From: Dickeya solani IPO 2222
GTDB lineage: Bacteria; Pseudomonadota; Gammaproteobacteria; Enterobacterales; Enterobacteriaceae
Direction: 5' to 3'
DNA: 32,000 bases
Assembly (NCBI RefSeq): GCF_001644705.1
Contig: NZ_CP015137.1
Location: 1,590,001-1,622,000, forward strand
This document shows positions 27,651 to 32,000 of this stretch, piece after piece. The first letter of the stretch is position 1, and each line of letters starts with the position of its first letter. A program made the translations under genes and the position numbers. The notes under the pieces are model-generated. The model saw only the letters and a program-made list of their open reading frames with translations, was not told where the DNA came from and searched no databases.

Positions 27651-27898
27651 GTCGTCATTCCTATTTCGCTGTCTTCGCCTTATCGGCTGTTCAATCTGCG
27701 AACTCAATCCGAACATTTTTCAGCCAACAGAACTAAGCCTAATCCAACAAAATTAAAAATCAAAAACAATTTCCATTTTTAATTTAATTTAAATTTAAAT
27801 AAATGATTAATATAAAATTAAAGTTATATGAAATAGAGAAATGCATTCCATAAATCAGAAAACGAAGGAGACCGAGAGTGTACCCGCTGCGCTTCAGC

Positions 27899-27928
27899 AG
27901 GAAAAAGAAAAGGCGCCATAAGGCGCCT
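27899..27928 (-). terminator. metA rho-independent terminator
   Basis: AGGCGCC (27911-27917) pairs with GGCGCCT (27922-27928) around a 4-nt loop, 26 nt downstream of the metA stop. On the minus strand it is followed by TTTTCTTTTTCC. Confidence 0.8.
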
Positions 27929-27953
27929 GACGGGAGAGAATGAGAGAGAAGAA

Positions 27954-28883
27954 TCAATCCAACGTAGGATTCATATGACGTAAATCGAACGGCGTGATCT
28001 GGTAAACGTGGTAATTCAACCAGTTGGAAAACAGCAGATGACCATGACTACGCCAGGTCGCCCGCGGCGTTTTCTGAGGGTTATCCCCCGGGAAGTAATT
28101 CACCGGGATCACTGGGTTAAGGCCGGCTTCGCTGTCACGAAAATACTCGCTCGACAATGTCAGCGCATCGTACTCCGGGTGCCCGGTCACAAACGCCAGC
28201 CGTTTGTCCTTGCTGGCAAACAGGTAGGCTCCAGCCACCTCAGACTCCACCAGAATATCCAGATCGGTGTGTTCACGAATCACATCGGAAGGGAAATCCG
28301 CATAGCGGGAATGTGGGGCCAGAAAGGTTTCGTCAAAGCCACGCGTCAACGGGGCATGCGGTTGCAGCGTATGGTGTGAATACACGCCGGATAATTTTAC
28401 GTCGCGGGTCAGCTTGGGGATGCCATACAACACATTCAACGCAGCCTGAACCGCCCAGCACACAAACAGTGTCGAAGTGACATGCTCTTTAGCCCAGTTA
28501 ACTACCCGCTCGATCTGCGGCCAGTACACCACATCACAGAAATCCACCAGCCCCAGCGGTGCGCCGGTCACGATCAAACCGTCAAAGTTCTCATGCTCGA
28601 TGTCTTCAAAGTCGCAGTAGAAGTTGTTGAGATGCTCCGCCGGCGTGTTCTTCGATTCCCGGCTATCGATTCGCAACAGCTGAATATCCACCTGCAATGG
28701 CGAATTCGACAGGAGCCGCAGGAACTGGTTTTCCGTTTCGATTTTCTTTGGCATCAGGTTAAGCACCAGCACCTTCAACGGACGAATTTCCTGCGTTCTG
28801 GCTCGGGAAGACGCCATCACAAAGACGTTTTCATTGCGCAAGAAGCTGACAGCCGGCAACTCATCAGGAACCCGGATTGGCAT
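27954..28883 (-). CDS. metA: Homoserine O-succinyltransferase
   Basis: ORF 27954..28898 is trimmed to the ATG at 28883, which follows a GAGGTG RBS. The 309-aa product [21 protein letters not shown] has the same length and N-terminus as E. coli MetA. Confidence 0.96.
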   Translation of the reverse strand: MPIRVPDELPAVSFLRNENVFVMASSRARTQEIRPLKVLVLNLMPKKIETENQFLRLLSNSPLQVDIQLLRIDSRESKNTPAEHLNNFYCDFEDIEHENFDGLIVTGAPLGLVDFCDVVYWPQIERVVNWAKEHVTSTLFVCWAVQAALNVLYGIPKLTRDVKLSGVYSHHTLQPHAPLTRGFDETFLAPHSRYADFPSDVIREHTDLDILVESEVAGAYLFASKDKRLAFVTGHPEYDALTLSSEYFRDSEAGLNPVIPVNYFPGDNPQKTPRATWRSHGHLLFSNWLNYHVYQITPFDLRHMNPTLD

Positions 28884-28901
28884 AACCTTACACCTCACTG
28901 C

Positions 28902-28933
28902 ATACGTTTATACGTTTATACGTTTAGCCTTCT
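28902..28933. promoter_or_regulatory. Candidate MetJ operator: four tandem 8-bp met-box-like repeats
   Basis: ATACGTTT occurs three times as perfect tandem copies (28902-28925), followed by AGCCTTCT (28926-28933). Each copy matches the met-box consensus AGACGTCT at 6 of 8 positions. The array lies 19-50 nt upstream of the metA start codon. Confidence 0.6.
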
Positions 28934-29249
28934 AGGCTGCCGAAGATAACGACTTTCCAGTGCAATGTCGAGCACATAACCATCTGGTTGAAAATCTTTC
29001 ATCAGAAATCAGATTTGCATATCCATTTTTAGCATAAGAATTACACAGTATGACGCAAAACGAGGTGGCGTTTCTGCTCATGCAGAGTGGTGAAAATCGC
29101 AGAGAGGTGGAGATAAAGAGAAGGTATTGCAGAAAAGCGAAAAAATATCGGACAGCGTTCAAAATACCCGGGAAAAGGACAGGCACGCCGCAGAAGAGCC
29201 ACACCGGCCGAAGGAGAGCGGGCCGGGCCATCCGCCTGCGCCCCATAGC

Positions 29250-29277
29250 AAAAAACCCCCGGCGTTAACCGGGGGTT
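29250..29277 (-). terminator. rrn operon terminator distal to 5S
   Basis: A 9-bp stem AACCCCCGG (29254-29262) pairs with CCGGGGGTT (29269-29277) around a 6-nt loop. On the minus strand the stem runs into TTTTT. It ends 10 nt downstream of the 5S 3' end. Confidence 0.85.
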
Positions 29278-29286
29278 CCTTAGGTG

Positions 29287-29406
29287 ATGCCTGGCAGTTC
29301 CCTACTCTCGCATGGGGAGACCCCACACTACCATCGGCGCTACGGCGTTTCACTTCTGAGTTCGGCATGGGGTCAGGTGGGACCACCGCGCTCTCGCCGC
29401 CAGGCA
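29287..29406 (-). rRNA. rrf: 5S ribosomal RNA
   Basis: The reverse complement is a 120-nt sequence TGCCTGGCGGCGAGAGCGCGGTGGTCCCACCTGACCCCATGCCGAACTCAGAAGTGAAACGCCGTAGCGCCGATGGTAGTGTGGGGTCTCCCCATGCGAGAGTAGGGAACTGCCAGGCAT. Apart from a few bases in helix I, it closely matches E. coli 5S as I recall it. Confidence 0.97.
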
Positions 29407-29513
29407 AATTCTTTTCATTCCCGCCGTCACACACCCTCGTGCAACCACCGGAACCAATCCTCGAACAAGCCAAATCGCTTTCGTCTCTCTCACCAAAACA
29501 CCTTCGGTGTTGT

Positions 29514-32000
<2,487 letters not shown>

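Noticed and set aside
27864-27943. A consensus SD AAGGAG (27865-27870) followed by GTG at 27878, opening a 21-codon basic peptide (MYPLRFSRKKKRRHKAPDGRE) on the plus strand
   Set aside because: It overlaps the metA terminator hairpin on the opposite strand. It has no promoter context or recognisable family, and its composition is dictated by the terminator A/T-tract. It is probably fortuitous.
29100-29286. A tRNA gene distal to 5S, as in some rrn operons (aspU, thrV, trpT)
   Set aside because: A strong terminator starts 10 nt after the 5S 3' end. I see no cloverleaf-compatible sequence or a GTTCGAATC-type T-arm in the following 200 nt.

Overview
This is a core-chromosome window from a GC-rich Enterobacterales genome. 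Gene content and local order resemble the E. coli 91-94 min regions. The sequence style fits a Dickeya/Pectobacteriaceae-like or Serratia-like organism, but I could not verify this. In order, the window holds: the 3' end of an mscM-like mechanosensitive channel (+); epmA (-); frdABCD (+) behind an FNR-type promoter and an ERIC-like repeat fragment; a small DUF486/DMT membrane protein (-); the divergent efp (-) / epmB (+) pair; the yjeI lipoprotein (-); a signal-peptide-bearing GH26 beta-mannanase-like gene (+); pgi (-); a lysine riboswitch plus lysC (+); an orphan soluble protein that joins an MCP signalling-tip motif to a Cache/PAS-like region (+); yjbB (-); a DASS anion transporter (+); metH (-); iclR (+); aceK-aceA-aceB (-); metA (-) with tandem MetJ-box-like repeats; and the 3' end of an rrn operon (5S plus about 2.49 kb of 23S, -). 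The remaining ORFs of 60 aa or more in the track are antisense or overlap artefacts typical of GC-rich coding DNA. I found no transposase, integrase, phage genes, CRISPR array or recognisable defence or toxin-antitoxin system, so the window looks mostly ordinary. The items most worth a second look are the inverted-architecture MCP-tip/Cache-like orphan at 13.6-14.7 kb, the yjbB/DASS divergent intergenic region (a Pho-box-like 11-bp direct repeat and a 14-bp tandem duplication), a 16-bp x3 tandem repeat abutting the pgi ribosome-binding site, the GH26 gene sitting at a synteny junction, and a hairpin-rich 330-bp spacer after frdD. All homology statements rest on my recollection of E. coli proteins and motifs. 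No searches or computations were run.
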